A stretch of 64,000 nt of DNA from Methanomethylovorans hollandica DSM 15978 (GTDB taxonomy: Archaea > Halobacteriota > Methanosarcinia > Methanosarcinales > Methanosarcinaceae), in contig NC_019977.1 of assembly GCF_000328665.1 (NCBI RefSeq), positions 1,364,001 to 1,428,000 on the forward strand. Direction: 5' to 3'. How positions within the stretch are numbered: position 1 is the stretch's first letter; every line of letters starts with the position of its first letter. Below are positions 62,188 through 64,000 of the stretch, piece after piece. Under the pieces are notes generated by a model, which was not told the origin of the DNA, ran no database searches, and saw only the letters and a list, made by a program, of their open reading frames with translations. The position numbers and the translations under genes were made by a program.

Positions 62188-64000
62188 ATGGAAATGTCGG
62201 AATACAAAGAGATATTTAAAGCTGAATCTGAAGAGCATCTGCAGCAGCTTAATGAGGCATTGCTGGGATTGGAACAAAACCCTGAAGATATGGAATATAT
62301 CAACAATATGTTCCGGTCTGCCCATACCTTAAAAGGGATGTCCGCAACTATGGGATTCAACACTATTGCACAGCTTACCCATGAAATGGAAAACATCATG
62401 GATATGATCAGGAAGTCTCAGATGACTCTGACCGAGAAAATAATCGCGATACAATTCGAATGTCTGGATACCCTGGAAGTACTGGTTGAGAATATTGATA
62501 ATCCTGATGCTGTGGACGTGTCAACACTGCAATGTAAACTCCACAGTATAATGAGCTTACCTTCAACTGCACAGGATACAGTGGCAGTTTCAGAACCTAT
62601 TACCAATCTGACATATCCTGCCCCTCCAAAGAACATCGATACTGAAATGCCTGCTGCGCAGAGCATTAGTGTTACAGAAGAAGTAAGCTGCAAAGAAGTT
62701 ATCAACAAAGAAATTAAGTTCACCCAGGAAGAACTGGCTGAGATCCAACTTACAAGAGCGCATGATCAGGAAGTACTTATCGTTAAAGTGTTTCTGGATG
62801 AATCATGTGTCCTCAAGGCAGCCCGTTCAAGCATGGTGCTTATGAACCTCAACAAGCTCGGAAAAGTCATTAAAACCAAACCTCCGGAAAAAGAACTTGA
62901 AGATGAAAAGTTCGATTTCAGCTTTCTGGTAGTTGCTGCAACTTCTCAGAGCATGGGGTCAATACAGCACAGGATAGAAAACATTTCAGAAGTTACTAAA
63001 GTTGAAATAATTCCCTTATATACTCACAAAAAAGATGCTGTGGACCATGGAGAAAAAGTTAGAGAAGAAAAGATCTTAGACCTGGCAAACAAAAATACCA
63101 TCCAACAAAAGAAAAACGAATCCGTAAAGACCGGACAGAGCATCAGGGTCAATATTGAGAGACTGGATAATCTCATGAATCTGGTCGGAGAACTCATTAT
63201 TAATAAGATTAGACTGAACCAGCTAGCTACGGATATAAGATCAAAGGATATTGAAGAGGCTCTTGGAACCCTGGACAGACTCACCAATGAGATACAAACA
63301 GAGGTAATGGAATCAAGAATGGTCCCCATCGATCAGATCTTTAGCCGTTTCCCGAGGATGGTAAGAGATCTGGCAAAATCTGAAGGCAAGCAGATCAGTC
63401 TTGTGATAGAGGGTAAGGAAATTGAGCTTGACAGAACGGTCCTGGATGAGATAGGAGATCCATTAGTACATTTGTTGAGAAATGCTGTGGACCATGGTGT
63501 GGAATCACCTCAAGAACGTGCAAAAGCAGGTAAATCATCTGAAGGACTTGTACGCCTGGCAGCATCTAGACAAAGGAATACAGTGCTTATTGAAGTGCAG
63601 GACGACGGCAAAGGCATGGACCCTGCAAAGTTAAGAGATGCTGCTGTAAAGAAGGGCTTAATGAGCAAAGAAGAAGTTTCAAAGCTCTGTGATGAAGAAG
63701 CATTTAATCTGATATTCCTCCCGGGTTTTAGCACCAATGCCGTGATTACAGATGTATCTGGCCGGGGAGTTGGAATGGATGTTGTCAAGACAAAGATCGA
63801 ATCTTTAGGAGGAAATGTTTCAGTTAAATCCGTACTTGGAGAAGGCAGTATTGTTACGCTTCAGTTGCCTCTTACTATTGCTATCATCCAATCATTGATG
63901 ATAAGAACAGCAGGTGAAACGTACGCTATACCTCTTAACAATGTGGTAAGAGATGTAGGTATAAGATCAAAGGATATAAAGACAATAGAGGGCCAGGAAG
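62188..64000 (+). CDS. cheA: Chemotaxis histidine kinase, runs off the window end
   Basis: FRSAHTLKGMSA Hpt, LDNLMNLVGEL, HLLRNAVDHG, DDGKG, SGRGVGMDVV, LPLT; GGTGA site before ATG 62188. Confidence 0.97.
   Translation, partial: MEMSEYKEIFKAESEEHLQQLNEALLGLEQNPEDMEYINNMFRSAHTLKGMSATMGFNTIAQLTHEMENIMDMIRKSQMTLTEKIIAIQFECLDTLEVLVENIDNPDAVDVSTLQCKLHSIMSLPSTAQDTVAVSEPITNLTYPAPPKNIDTEMPAAQSISVTEEVSCKEVINKEIKFTQEELAEIQLTRAHDQEVLIVKVFLDESCVLKAARSSMVLMNLNKLGKVIKTKPPEKELEDEKFDFSFLVVAATSQSMGSIQHRIENISEVTKVEIIPLYTHKKDAVDHGEKVREEKILDLANKNTIQQKKNESVKTGQSIRVNIERLDNLMNLVGELIINKIRLNQLATDIRSKDIEEALGTLDRLTNEIQTEVMESRMVPIDQIFSRFPRMVRDLAKSEGKQISLVIEGKEIELDRTVLDEIGDPLVHLLRNAVDHGVESPQERAKAGKSSEGLVRLAASRQRNTVLIEVQDDGKGMDPAKLRDAAVKKGLMSKEEVSKLCDEEAFNLIFLPGFSTNAVITDVSGRGVGMDVVKTKIESLGGNVSVKSVLGEGSIVTLQLPLTIAIIQSLMIRTAGETYAIPLNNVVRDVGIRSKDIKTIEGQE

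Noticed and set aside
312..63788. Numerous short antisense or nested ORFs in the track
   Set aside because: They lie within well-supported genes and show no independent motifs

Overview
Methanogenic archaeon, most likely Methanosarcinaceae (F390 synthetase, MptN-like ligase, DUF1699, TRAM protein, archaeal pth2/truD/Trm112, cheYBA). The window has four parts. (1) 1-9 kb: the end of a type I R-M operon (wHTH passenger gene, hsdR, M48/YgjP), then decayed fragments including a second, collapsed hsdM/hsdR locus. (2) 14.4-32.4 kb, minus strand: a BREX type 1 island (brxB-brxC-pglX-pglZ-brxL, no brxA seen). It carries an AAA-ATPase/RloB pair and a divergent wHTH/DUF3467 module. pglX is cleanly split between the methyltransferase and the specificity half by a translationally coupled two-gene cassette: an AlbA_2/HATPase/wHTH gene with a perfect 12-bp VNTR, and a 147-codon ORF that is essentially a chain of different DNA repeats and palindromes. 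(3) 40.5-43.5 kb: an AT-rich relic of a probable casposon (casposase Cas1 pseudogene, candidate TIR, a HEPN-like frame missed by the ORF track) next to a 5 x 68-bp non-coding tandem array. (4) 43.7-64 kb: mostly housekeeping and redox genes, including an atypical CooS, plus chemotaxis genes. A ~72-nt structured element occurs twice, 49 kb apart. All family calls come from motif recognition by eye; no database searches were run.
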